A stretch of DNA of 32,748 bases from the NCBI RefSeq assembly GCF_001194135.2, contig NC_068985.1:6672576-6705323 (forward strand), given 5' to 3'. Positions 10,545 through 22,398 of this stretch are shown piece by piece. Source of the stretch: Octopus bimaculoides (lineage: Eukaryota). The translations under genes were made by a program, and so were the position numbers. The notes under the pieces are model-generated. The model made no database searches. It saw only the letters and a list, made by a program, of their open reading frames with translations, and was not told the DNA's origin. Each line of letters begins with the position of its first letter. Position 1 is the stretch's first letter.

Positions 10545-12640
10545 CATCAAAGAACCGTAATCCGGAGCTATTCAACTCAGAAATAGCACATAATATTCAT
10601 GGTCCCTGTGATGATATCAACCCCAGATGTCCGTGTATGGAAACCAGATCAGACGTAGCTCGATGTACTTAGGAGTTTCCGAAACCCTTCCAGTCAGTCA
10701 CCTATATACCGAGAGACGTATCGCAGAAGAAATCCAGCATACAGTGGAAGAACCAATACAATTTACGTTGAGGGTCAGACAGATTTTGTGGTGAGTTTTG
10801 CCTTCAACTTACACTCATGAATTTTTTAGTGACATACGCTGACTGTTTAGTTACGTTTAATATTTTCTTCACAGGTTGACAATTCTTGGATAGTGTCATA
10901 CAATCCGTATCTGAAAATAACATACTACACTCACTTCAACGTCGAGGTCTTACACTCCGTCCAAGCAGTGAAGTACTTATACAAATACATTACAAAAAGA
11001 CAAGATCGAATCATCTTCTCAACATTGGAAACAGGACAGCCAATTCCCGTATGAAACGTGATAGAAAACTTCGTAAACGCTCGCTACATCTCTACAAGTG
11101 AAGCATTCTGAAAGTTGTATGGATTTTTCATACACCAAAAGCACCCTACGGACAAAAACTACCTTGTCATTTATCTGATGACTAGACTGTATGATTCTAT
11201 TCAACTTATGTCACTGCGGCTGTGGAACGCAGACCACAGATAATTAAACTGACAGTTTATTTTAAGACAAACACGACGAAAAAGCCCGACAGATTTTATA
11301 CCCAGATTTTCTTAAATATTACACCTGGAACAATAAAACCAAGTCGTAGCAAAAACGAAAACATGGTACAACAGAAGATAATTGTGACGTCAAAGCTGAT
11401 ACTATCGGACGAATCCCAACCGTATCATATAGTGCTCATCAATCAGAACTGTTTCATGTTCGGGTGCTCCTTCCCCATATTAAAGGTACGATTAGCTTTG
11501 ATGAACTGAAGACCGTGGAGGGAAATGTGTGTGCAACATTTCAGGAGACACGCATGTAAACTGGACTGATATTGGACGACCAAGAAATACACCGTGCAAT
11601 GGAGGAAGTAGCCGGTACTCGCTTCATAGATTCGCTGCACGACTTCTTCACCATCATTTTAATTTACTGCCGGTCACCTCATCTGATGAGCTTTTTGGGA
11701 GGAGTGGAAAACTGAAGTAGGACGAGATCTCATGCAGAGAAACAACATTGAAGAGCTTACCCTTGCATTGAAAATGAAATATCGATTCGCCTGAAGGAGC
11801 GATTGCAAAGGGATAAACTTGACCTGGTGCGAGATTTCCAGATGCCTCAACCTAAATATAACGAAACCGTTCAACCCATGACGAAGTGTATCGCAGAAGA
11901 ATTTAGCTATGACACAGAGTGTCTTCGAATAGTGTCTACTGATATCTACAATACTGTAAATACTGAGCAAAAGCACAACTTTGATATGACTGTAAACTCA
12001 GTTTTACAGCAACAAGCAACACGAAAACAAAATTTTCGCCTTGAGCGCGAGCGGTGGAATTGGCAAAACATATTTTATCAATGTCACCATAGATAGTCTA
12101 CGGTCAGAGAAAAACGTTGTACTCGCTCCAATTCTATCTGGGATTGCAGCAACATTGCTGCAGACTGGCTGGACATTTCATTCTCGGTTTAAAGTGCCCA
12201 TAAACATAGCACCAGAGTCCTGCTGCAATGTGTCGTCTCAGGCTGCAACTGTGCAACTCGTCAGAATGACCAGCCTAATAATTGTCGATGAAGTGAGCCA
12301 AGGCGACAAGCGCATATACGAATGGTTGGATCGTTCCCTACGCGATATCAGAGCGAACGAATCCCTGTTTGGAGGAGTATGCGTTCGATTTGTAGGCGAC
12401 TGGAAGCAGATTCTACCTGTTATTAAACGTGGTAGTCGAGCCCAAATAATGCAAACCATCTTGAAAACATCGTACATCTGGAGATCTGTAACGGAGTTGA
12501 GTCTAAAGAAAACCATGATGGTACGAAATTCTTCAGATGCAACTTTCGCAACCTATTTAAGCGATATCGGTTCGGATAATGTTCATTCTCCGACCCACTG
12601 AAGAATGTGATTCGAATTAGGCCAGATTGTGTACCTTCTG
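10545..12640 (+). mobile_element. Helitron Rep/helicase remnant (pseudogenised; end of Rep region plus PIF1-like helicase N-half)
   Basis: HGPCDDINPRCPCM; YRRR; VDNSWIVSYNPYL...HFNVEV..SVQAVKYLYKYITK; ARYISTSEAF; SFDELKTVEG..C.TFQE; ORF 12041-12601 with GGIGKT, IIVDE, FGG...GDWKQILPV. Several stops and frameshifts. Termini not found. Confidence 0.92.
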
Positions 12641-12659
12641 AGGAACAGGCTTTTTAAAA

Positions 12660-13300
12660 AAAGTATAATAAAAGCAAAGATTGACAAGACTCTATCAGGT
12701 CAGAAATGTAGTATCTGCGGGAAAGGAGACGAGAGTATCAATCACCTTTTGAATGAGTTCATTATACTAGCAAATAAGGATTATTAGCACAGACATTTCT
12801 GCCTAGGCAAAAGAGTGCATTGGGATGTTAGCTGAGTGTGAGGCTTCAAAACAACTGAAATGTGGTTTGAACAGGAACAAGAGGCTGTAATAGAAAATGA
12901 GAATTATAAGTTTTTGTGGGGACTTCTCAATAAAAACTGACCCTACTATGGAATCATGAAGGCCAGATATGATAATACAGGATAAAATGAATAAACAATA
13001 TAAAATCATAGATTTTATAATTCCCCTTGATAGCAGAGTTGAGCAAAATCTTTTTCAAAATTTGAGAAATGTCAAAATATTGAGAAATTTAAAAAAAATA
13101 AGAAACGTCAAAATCTAGACAGAGAAGTAAGGAGAATGTGAAAGACCAAGACAAGAATTATTCCTATAGTAACACTCAAAATGCTGCCTCAAGGACTGAA
13201 AGAAAGTAGAATTGAAAGACGCGTTGTCGACCTGTAGAAAAGTACCATCCTATATATTTTGCAAGAATTCTAAAAAAGATTTTTGAGATTTGAGGAGATA
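12660..13300 (+). mobile_element. R4/Dong-like RLE non-LTR retrotransposon 3' fragment (zinc finger plus restriction-like endonuclease), decayed
   Basis: KCSICGKGDESINHLL...Y*HRH...RVHW...E.VIENENYKF LW DFSIKTD....RPDMII.DK...IIDF.IP.D...IIPIV...KSTIL..ARILKKI; multiple stops. Confidence 0.85.
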
Positions 13301-14949
13301 TCTTGTCAATAAATCGCAAGATAAAATACTAAATAATTAGCATACACTAGCGGAATAATACCATAATTACAATTCTTAAATATAACATGTAGCGTTTAAG
13401 ATACGATGAATCGTATGGAGTTTATAACAATATTCGATAACAGAATTACGATTCCATAATTTATTTGACCCAGACAAAAATATATGATTTACAGTGTATT
13501 TCGGAAATAATTTTTTACAATATTTGTAAATCTTGAAGAAATTTTGTTCGTACGATGTTAATAAAATAATTTTGTTTTTTCGTATGGCAGGAAACATTTT
13601 AGCTAAAACAATTATAACATTTATACATTCCACCAGACTTTTCAAATTATAATTAATACGGTAGCTAAATGTAACCATCTAATTTAAAACAGAATACGTG
13701 TAATTATAACCAAGAATATGTGTAATAAATGTACCGGCTACATTATAATTCGAGTACATTTTGAAATCTTATTTTTGAAAATATTTTCCATTCCTGTATT
13801 TCTGCATTTTAACTCATTATTCTCAATTAAGATAACTGCATTTCTATTTCATGCTTGTTTTAATTTCCTAATTTAATTTTCTTAAAAATTTAATAGGATA
13901 ATTTATCTAATTTTATTTTGCAGTCTTAGAATCTATAAACTAACGGACATATTGTAATTAATTGTGAAGAGCAGCTCTCATAATGTTTTCTACTTAATGA
14001 GTACATTTCCATCATGACAATATTTGTATATCTGCACGTTGTTGACGTTCAGCTATTTGTTTTCTATCATTTTATTACAAACAGTGCATCAATTCATAAT
14101 CAACATTGTAATCGATGAAAGATATTTAGTATTGTATTTGAATAAGAAATTGTGTATGAAGCAATATTAGGAAAGTGAATAAATTGTTTCAGTATCTCTG
14201 TCGCATTCTTCGAATTCCATAATAATCAGGTTATTATTTCGCTGACATTTACAGACATAACATGTTTATATAAAGGATATCCTAGAATGATCATTGTATA
14301 TCATCTTGTATGATCGTCTTTGTTTCAGTACAAACTAATTTATATAATAATACGTTAACTCAATAAATGTTATAATTTTAATATTAACTTCTATTATCCA
14401 AGCCACAGCGAAAGATATCGATAGTGTTTAGCGGAAATTTAATGTATAAACATATATAAAGAGCTGTCTGTCTACATAATGTATCCCAAACACACACAAA
14501 AAAAGGAATAAGTGGAGTTAGTTTAATTCTTCCATTAAGATTTCAACAAAACGTTCACACCTGCATTCATCTGCGAAGATATTAGTTATAATCACGTTAT
14601 AGTTAATTAAAACGGATAGATACACGATTCATTAAAGTTGATTGTTTGATAATATAAATATAACTGGGCGTTGCGAGAGTTCTGATTTGATATTACTTTG
14701 CAAAGTGGATTGTATCGATAGAAATCTTCACAGCACTGTATGCAATGTATGAGTTAAGCATCTTGTTTGCGGGGACAATAGCTATTTATGAAGGGAAACG
14801 TCATGTTTGTTTACTATCCTTTGCTACGTGTTTATGGACGACTGAGTTATATCATTTAATTGTAAACTACGATAATTTTATAAATCCAATATTATCAAGA
14901 TAGTCAAAAAACTGAAAATATCACTGCATATATAAGGCGTTCAAGACAG

Positions 14950-14986
14950 CAGGCAACGATAATAATGTACAGGCAACGATAATAAT
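14950..14986. repeat. Short direct duplication (17 bp, period 20)
   Basis: caggcaacgataataat gta caggcaacgataataat. Confidence 0.9.
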
Positions 14987-15045
14987 TCGACGCTTTTTGC
15001 TGCTAGCCAAACACAGCATTGACACATATAAACATCGCGGTGGTA

Positions 15046-15251
15046 CAATAATCCCTGACTATCACGGATGTTGCGTTCCAAGACCTCTCACAGAAATAAT
15101 TAAAATCTATAAAAGTATAAATACCTATTGTCCGCAGAAACCCGCGATATACTGAGAAGTCCGCGATATGAATTTACATGTATTGGCCAGAAAAAATCCG
15201 CGATGTACCGAGTGCGTGATAGGTGAACGGTGATATGGCGAGGTATTCATG
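15046..15251. mobile_element. pogo/Tigger-like MITE, about 206 bp
   Basis: TA|CAATAATCCCTGACTATCACGG ... CGGTGATATGGCGAGGTATTCATG|TA: imperfect TIRs, TA flanks, and three internal CCGCGAT repeats. Confidence 0.7.
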
Positions 15252-15944
15252 TATATATTGCATTTACAGATAAGGTGTTGGCACTCATCCTTACGTATTA
15301 TTTTGATAAAAAAAACTACATTCTGTAGTGCTGTGTTTTCAAGAGCAAATAAAATTATACAAGTCAGAGCGTGAAATATATGTGATCAGCTTGAACATTT
15401 TAAGCTCTGTCTAAAACAATATTTCCTTATATAAAGTTCGGAATACTAAATTAAAATGTGCGTAAAAAGTATTCGTAATACCTACCCAAGCGAACAAATA
15501 TATTCCAGGCGTCATGTTATGTAATACCAACAACAAAGTTTTTAACCTATGATGGACATTTGATTTTTCTTTCTATTCCACTTTAATCACAGCCAACGTA
15601 GAAGCCTTGTTTTACGTATTTCCCGATTGCCTAACAGCACTATATTAATGACTGGATTACAAATTGAATAACAATTTGTATTGCAAATTTGCGAAATCAG
15701 GGCTTTTTCACTGCGCGTTGTACTCGAATACTTATATATGATTGCGTTCTCCTAGTATGGTTGTGTAGAACATCATTAGAAAACAGATGCTGCACCTTGA
15801 ACAAGATCATATTTCTAAACCCAATTTTTATGTTTACAAAATGTCATCAGGTTTTAATATTTGATAGATAAACTTGAAATCAGATAAAGTTCATAATATG
15901 TTGACTTTAGTCTAAAGTTAAAACGTGATATCCTTTTGGGTTAG

Positions 15945-16137
15945 ATGAGACAATAAAAGCTTTAAACGATGTCATGGCAAATTTCTCTGTTATACCTTAT
16001 GCAGTAAAGAAAATCGATGTGCAGCATTTTATGACGATCACCGACAATTTCTCCATTGTCGAATTAACCTTTGGTCAGATAATGGATTTGTTTGATGAAA
16101 CTAAGAATGGTAGGATTATTTCATACTCGATAATAAA
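15945..16137 (+). CDS. Candidate internal coding exon (phase 1 to 2), unknown product
   Basis: ccttttgggttag|AT...AA|gtgagc; stop-free DETIKALNDVMANFSVIPYAVKKIDVQHFMTITDNFSIVELTFGQIMDLFDETKNGRIISYSII. No partner exons identified. Confidence 0.3.
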
Positions 16138-16634
16138 GTGAGCTACCTACTTAAATACGAACAGAACGGTTGCAAATATTTATATAAACAGCGATGAACA
16201 ATTTTCTGTCTCAAATTTCTGATTTATGATAAAGCTTTCACACACTAATAGCAGTTGAATTAATCATATGCGGTATATTTCTTTTTCCCTTATACCAACG
16301 AGTGATATATATCCATTGACTTGTTGCATATTTCTTTTTACATATTCACATTACATTTTACACATTTGCAGTTTACTGTTTTGATCTGCAGTTTTTTTCA
16401 GTGAAGCCTGGCTAGCGTGACAATTAACTTCTACAAAGCAGATTCTAAACTAAACCTGATATATTTTTACAAATTAACTTTCTGAAAAAATCATATCGTT
16501 ATTAGTTCACTAGTTCGTCTAAAACTTCTTCTGAATATTGCTCCAGTTTATCATTTTAAAATAGTAATATATTAGTTAATAGTCCACAGCTGTTCTTATG
16601 TATAGTAGACGTGACCAGTAGTACATGGCAAATC

Positions 16635-16858
16635 AAGGCAACGAACCGGCAGAATCATTAGCACGACGCACAGAATGCTTGGTGCTATTTCGTCTGTCTT
16701 TTCGTTCTGAGTTCAAATTCCGCCGAGATCAACTTAGCATTTCCTCGTCTCGAAGTCGATGAAAAATGTAAGTACAAGTTAAGGACTTGGGTCGAAGTAA
16801 TTGACTTACTACCTCCTCCGAAATTGCCGGCTTTGTACCCAAATTTGAAATCAATATT
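16635..16858 (+). mobile_element. SINE family A (tail type 2), near full length
   Basis: aaggcaacgaaccggcagaatcattagcacg...gttctgagttcaaattccgccgag...aaattgccggctttgtacccaaatttgaaatcaatatt. Confidence 0.9.
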
Positions 16859-17384
16859 ATATTGCAAATTGCATATTAGATAGGTTTAGCATGCATCTAA
16901 TATCAACAGTAATCTCTAGTAAGTAATATCTTCAAACAAATGCAAAATTCCTTAATATCAATATGATACGTGACTGGACGGAATGATGCAATCTCAGGAA
17001 GAAAATTAAATTTATTTGATTACTATTTAATTATTGATTTTCTATCATATATGAATTATTTCCAAAGATAAAAACCTATAGCTCATTGTTCATGAACAGA
17101 CATATTTAATTAGATTATCTGAGAACAACTTATTTTATAAGTTGTTCAGCAATATTCATTGAGTCAATGCGTTTGAAATACAACTGAAGCAATTCAATTC
17201 TAAGAAAGGATAGCAACGTCCTATTTCAGTATATTTTATCCTTAAGGATATATCCTGATTAAAACACCTTGTCAATAAACTCCCGCACATAACTATTTTT
17301 CACTTGTTTCTCACACATATTAAATTGAAATTTCTAACACTTTGTATAAACATCGCAGTTTACATCTATGGTATGATTATATAA

Positions 17385-17990
17385 CACTGGTCTTCAATGT
17401 TTTTGGAGTTTAGGAAATAGACATCATTCCTCTACAAGAACGGTCTCCTGAATCCAAATATGGCTATCTTTTTGACCTATCAGATCTAGTTATATAAGTT
17501 ATTGAGCATCCCTATCGTGACTATGTATGTATGTACGTCCAGTATGCAGTATTCGTTATTTTATTCTAATTCAAAATTTTCTTTCTTTTTCCATACTTTT
17601 TAGATGTTCTGGTGAACTAAGCAATAGAAAATGAGCAAGATGTCCTCTTCAAGAAAGTGTTGCGTTAATTCTCCAAATGTGTTTTATGTTTGTGGAGAAT
17701 ACACATTACATGAAAGTCGAAAAAACATTACTGATTTTGTTGAAAAAGCGTATATGGCATACTTTGGGGTCAAGCTGGGAGACCAAGATAAATATTAGGC
17801 AGCGCATAGTGTCTGCAAGCAATGTACAGAACATTTGCGACAGTGGACTAAAAGGACAAGGAAAAGTATGAGGTTTGCTATACCGATTGTATGGCGGGAG
17901 CCCTATAATCACATGGATGACTGCTATTTTTGTAACCTAAATTTGAAGGGTATTAACCGGAAAAATCGACAATCACTCGTCTATCCTGCT
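17385..17990 (+). mobile_element. Chapaev (CMC superfamily, Chapaev3-like) DNA transposon 5' fragment with transposase N-terminus
   Basis: ATG 17631: MSKMSSSRKCCVNSPNVFYVCGEYTLHESRKNITDFVEKAYMAYFGVKLGDQDKY*AAHSVCKQCTEHLRQWTK...IVWREPYNHMDDCYFC...YP. Putative CACTG terminus at 17385. One premature TAG at 17796-17798. Truncated by a SINE. Confidence 0.85.
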
Positions 17991-18242
17991 GTACACTTTT
18001 GCCGAACACTGCTGTACTCTTTTGCTACAATTTTTTCTCATTCTTTCTTCCTGCTGCTGTTGTACCTGTATTTCAAAGGGCCGGCCTTGTCACACTTTGT
18101 GTCACGCTGAATCTCCCTGAGAACTACGTTAAGGGTACAAGTGTCTGTGGAGTGCTCAGCCACTTGCACGCTAATTGCTCGAGCAGACTGATCCGTTGTT
18201 TGGATCGACTGGAAACCTCGTCGTCGTAACCGACGGAGTACC
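17986..18242 (+). mobile_element. SINE family B, 5'-truncated
   Basis: Matches the reverse complement of 3951-4190, ending cgtcgtcgtaaccgacggagtacc. Confidence 0.9.
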
Positions 18243-18259
18243 GTTCTAGTATATATATA

Positions 18260-19535
18260 TTAGGTCGTCAGTTATGAAATTTGTAGAAAAGAAAGAAGTT
18301 TGCTAATGTTTTATAAATACAAAGAATAGTTTTATTAATCAAAGTATGCACCCATTTTGTCAATATACTTTTTCAATTTCAGTGGTAGCTTGTCCAGCCC
18401 GGAACTGTAAAAGCCTGGCAATCTAGAGTCAATAAAATCTTGGAAGACCTGTTTTACAGCATCATCGGAATTAAATTTTTGTTCTATCAAAAATTATCCA
18501 AATTCTGGAAGAAGTTGTAGTCAGTGGAGGCATGATCACATTAGTATGGTTGATGATGGATAACTTCCAACTCCAAATCCTGTAGTTTTGCCAATGTCGT
18601 TTTTGCGATGTGTGGCCTGGCGTTGTTTTGCAATAAAATAGGAGTGTATCTGTTGTCTAATCTAGTCTGTTTTTTTTTTTTGTAAACTTCTCCATCATCT
18701 GAAGCAGTTGGCTGCAGTATACTTCTGCCTTGATTGATGAGCCAGGTTTAATGAAATCATAATGGATCACACCTGCGCCAGACCACCAAACACACACCAC
18801 CAGCTTCTTTTCATGAATTTTGCCTTTTGGACTGTGTTTTCCTTGATGGTCTATGTCCAACAATTGTGCTGAACGTTTACAGTTGTTGTATTGGATTCGT
18901 TTCTCATCACATGTTACAATTCGATTCACAAATTATTCATTTTTGTGACGAGAAATAGCATAATGCAGGTTTCCAAACGTTGCTGTTTCTAATTTTCATT
19001 GAGTTCATGTGGAACCTACTTATCCAACATTTTCACTTTAACCGATCTGAATGAGATGATGAGTCAATATTGTTTTCTTGCTAACACCTAACAACAACGA
19101 GAAATCACGGACACTTTGAGATGGATCTGACTCGACGGTGGCTTTCAGTTCGTCATTATCCACCTTTGTTTCTTGTCGACCGCGTTGCTCATTTGTGACG
19201 TTAAAGTTACCAGAACGAAATTTTGTAAACCAATTTGATACTGTCATTAAAATGAAACACTCCATTAATGTTCCGAGTTGTCTGTGATGCTGTATTTCCA
19301 AGAAAGAACTCATATTTCAAAACTGTACGAATTTCCGAGTTATCCATCTCTAAACAAAATAGCAAAAAACGATTTATAAATACTTTATAAAGTGCAAAAT
19401 TAGTTAGAATAAAGAAATAGGTGTGTCAGCTTTCTAATAAAAATAAAGATTGTTAAAATATAATAATGGCGCAAAATGAGCAGCTGTCAAATTTTACCAT
19501 ATGCCTTACTACAAATTTCATACTCGATGACCTAA
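18260..19535 (-). mobile_element. Full-length (1276 bp) mariner transposon with disrupted transposase (about 19347 to 18335)
   Basis: TIRs TTAGGTCGTCAGTTATGAAATTTGTAG / TTAGGTCATCGAGTATGAAATTTGTAG with TA on both sides. MDNSEIRTVLKYEF..., WFTKFRSG, PHEL, RIVTCDEK, VCVWW, NNARPH, DHASTDY, GAYFD*. Several stops and frameshifts. Confidence 0.95.
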
Positions 19536-20145
19536 TATATATAAGAAGAGTGTTTATAATTATGAATAACTCACAATTATAACGGCGATAGTTGCAAAAA
19601 CCCTTACATGTTTAGAAATAGCAGTCAAAATCACTAATGAAACCACTATTTTCAATCATATCTCCTCAGAATAAAGCTGTCTGCGAGCGTCGTGTTCAAT
19701 AAAAGTCGCAATTTAAAAATGAAAGGTTAATTCTCTATCGAAATTTCGAGCTTAGAACGTCCATATCGTAAAATAACGGAAATAAATGAGACAATGGTTC
19801 CATTCCTTTCTTCAGGAGAATAATCGTAGAGATACAAATTGATACAAAATCCTTCCTTCGGGCTTATAGGAAACCTGACCGGCAAGAATAATGTCTCAAC
19901 CTCTATCTACACATTCACATTCTGAATTCCAATATCATGCACTGCGTTTATAAGAATAGATCTGTAAATCTAGCCACAGAAAAATACTGGATATGAGTGA
20001 GCAAATTGAATAATCAAAGAGTAATGTAATAATACATTACGTAGGACATATCAGAAACAATTAAATAATTATCGATGAATATCATATATATAGGGATAAT
20101 CTGGTTCTTTTCCGATGAAAAGAACTTCTGCCAGAGAAGTTATGA

Positions 20146-20246
20146 AGAGAGAGAGAGAGAGTAATGGATGGATAGATAAAAGAGAGAGTGTGAGAGAGAG
20201 AGTAATGGATGGATAGATAGAAGAGAGAGAGAGAGAGAGAGTAATG

Positions 20247-20286
<40 letters not shown>
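20146..20286. repeat. Compound (GA)n / gtaatggatggatagata / (GATA)n repeat
   Basis: Three higher-order units of (GA)n+GTAATGGAT followed by a (GATA)n run. Confidence 0.95.
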
Positions 20287-21304
20287 TTATCAGTGTCACA
20301 TGCTGTATGTGTGTGGGTAAACACCGTTCTGCGTCAGTATTTCATCGAAGACGTCAGAAGGTGTAGAGTATTGAAAAAAGAAAAACAGTATAATTCGAAA
20401 CGAACCTCGCCAGAAGTGAACGAGAACGACAAATATAGATATTCCGTAGTTGTTACTGCTCATCGTTTCTGTATAATCGATTCACCCACGAGACGAATTC
20501 TAGTGCAGGTCCGAAATAAATAGAGATAGCGTAAAATTTATCTGATGATGGGCTTCAGCGCCACAGAAGTGAAACATTATTCAAGTTTTGTGTTAGAACC
20601 AGCTCTATAATCTAAAAGTTATCAAAGTTACGTGCTTTATGTATGTGTGTTGTTAAACACTTTTATGCTGTAGTATTTCGCCCAAGAATGCTCTAATTAT
20701 TGTTTAGATGAAATGAAATCCTCTTTAGAACTTCATATTTTTCTGAAAGAATTGACAATTCGATATATACCTCAATAAATGTAAAATTTGATTCAATTCT
20801 CCACTACACACTTATTGGAATATTCTATTTTGTCAGACTGCATATAGCTTTATAATACTGACTCTACTATTGCTAATTATTTTAGTACAAAAATATGTAC
20901 AAAATAACATAATTCAATCAAACATTTATATGAACCATCGTCACGATATTTTACGAGCATTTCGTCTCATAATCTTGTACTGAAAATTTAAATCTGATAT
21001 TGGCTTTTAATGTATTTTTGAAATGAAGCCGAAATAATGAATGACGTCAAAGCATTCAATGTATATAGGTACGTTTCCATGGTAGTATTCTTGAATGCGT
21101 CTCCATATTACACATGGAGCAAATAAAAACTAAACTATCAGAAACATATTTCTAGAAAATGCATTTTAAAGTATCAGATTCTAATACCATATATATTGCG
21201 AGAAGTCTATATTTGATGATTGTTCAGGCATCTGCGGGTTACGGAAATATGTTTCAGAAATCGTGATTCAACGTGGGATTTCGTAACGGGAAAATTATTT
21301 TTCA

Positions 21305-22157
21305 TTAATTCACATAGAAATAAATGGACAGTTTTAGCTCTTCATATTCATCATTCAGCAAAATTTTGAGGAACATAACGCTTCCCTAACGCAGGGCTAA
21401 AGCTTCCAAGCTGTCCACAAATGATAAAACGATTGCTGTACTTATGAATTATGCTACCAGGTATATGTCTGCTCCAAATAACCGCAGCAGTCTCACATCC
21501 TATAAAGAAACGTCAAGCCTCGTTGTATTGTTAAAGTGGGTGAAAAAGAAGACCACGCCTACCTCAAGAAAGAGCAGTTCATCGTGTGATATCTTTACAT
21601 AATCAACGGATGAGGCATCAACCACGACCACGTGGATAATTATCATACCGTCTATCTTTTTACAGTCTTCTTTGTCCAGACCCGCTGACTCGAGCTGGGA
21701 ATGGAAGTCTGCTGCCGATATAACAACTGCCGCATATGAGTCAATAGTTCTGGTATACGATGTAAGGGAAATTGTATATTTCTATGTTGCGTTTGACAAG
21801 TTGTTCACCATTCGTGTTTTGTTGGCACCGGAGAGCGATTTATACGATAAACGTGTTTCACAAATGGTATTTGTCACTTTATAAAATTCACACTTATTTG
21901 ATTTCGGCTTTGTACAGTCTAAAATATATCCATATTTTCATCTGCTTTATGAACCGTTTAATCCAGTGGTTCAATTAACTGCAATGTTATATCCATACCA
22001 CATTCCGCACATCACAATAAAACTTACCAAAACTTGATGCCATTGGCCAACTTGAGTTATATGCATTCTCTATTTTACTTGTCGAATGTGTTTCAGAAGT
22101 TATACAATTTGTCATACACACAATTGCATAATACATAAATTTAACAAAATCAACCAT
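21305..22157 (-). pseudogene. Candidate secreted or extracellular protein gene or pseudogene (exon 1 22157-22028, intron 22027-21919, exon 2 from 21918)
   Basis: AAAATGG start, signal-peptide-like N-terminus, TTTG|gtaagt donor, phase-compatible ttttag|AC acceptor. The frame then runs 204 codons with 4 internal stops and an alpha/beta-protein-like pattern. Confidence 0.35.
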
Positions 22158-22185
22158 TTTTCTTTTAACTATTTACACCTCCATC

Positions 22186-22398
22186 AAAGCGGCGTGAACA
22201 GTTAGCACGCCAACAAATATTCTTAGCACCGTGTCATCTGTCTTTACGTTCTGCGTTCAAATTCCACCGAGGTCGACCTTGCATCTTTTTCCTTTTGAGA
22301 CGATAAAATAAGTACAATTCGAACACTGGGTTGGACGTAGTCGACTTACCTCCTTCCCATAATTTGCTGCCCTTGAGCCAAAATGTGAAACCAATATT
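22186..22398 (+). mobile_element. SINE family A (tail type 2)
   Basis: gttagcacgcc...tacgttctgcgttcaaattccaccgaggtcgacc...gataaaataagtac...aatttgctgcccttgagccaaaatgtgaaaccaatatt. Confidence 0.88.

Noticed and set aside
15900-16450. TGA-only stops suggesting a NUMT or alternative genetic code
   Set aside because: Translation with TGA=Trp resembles no mitochondrial protein I recognise, and the pattern is explained by frame register and chance.
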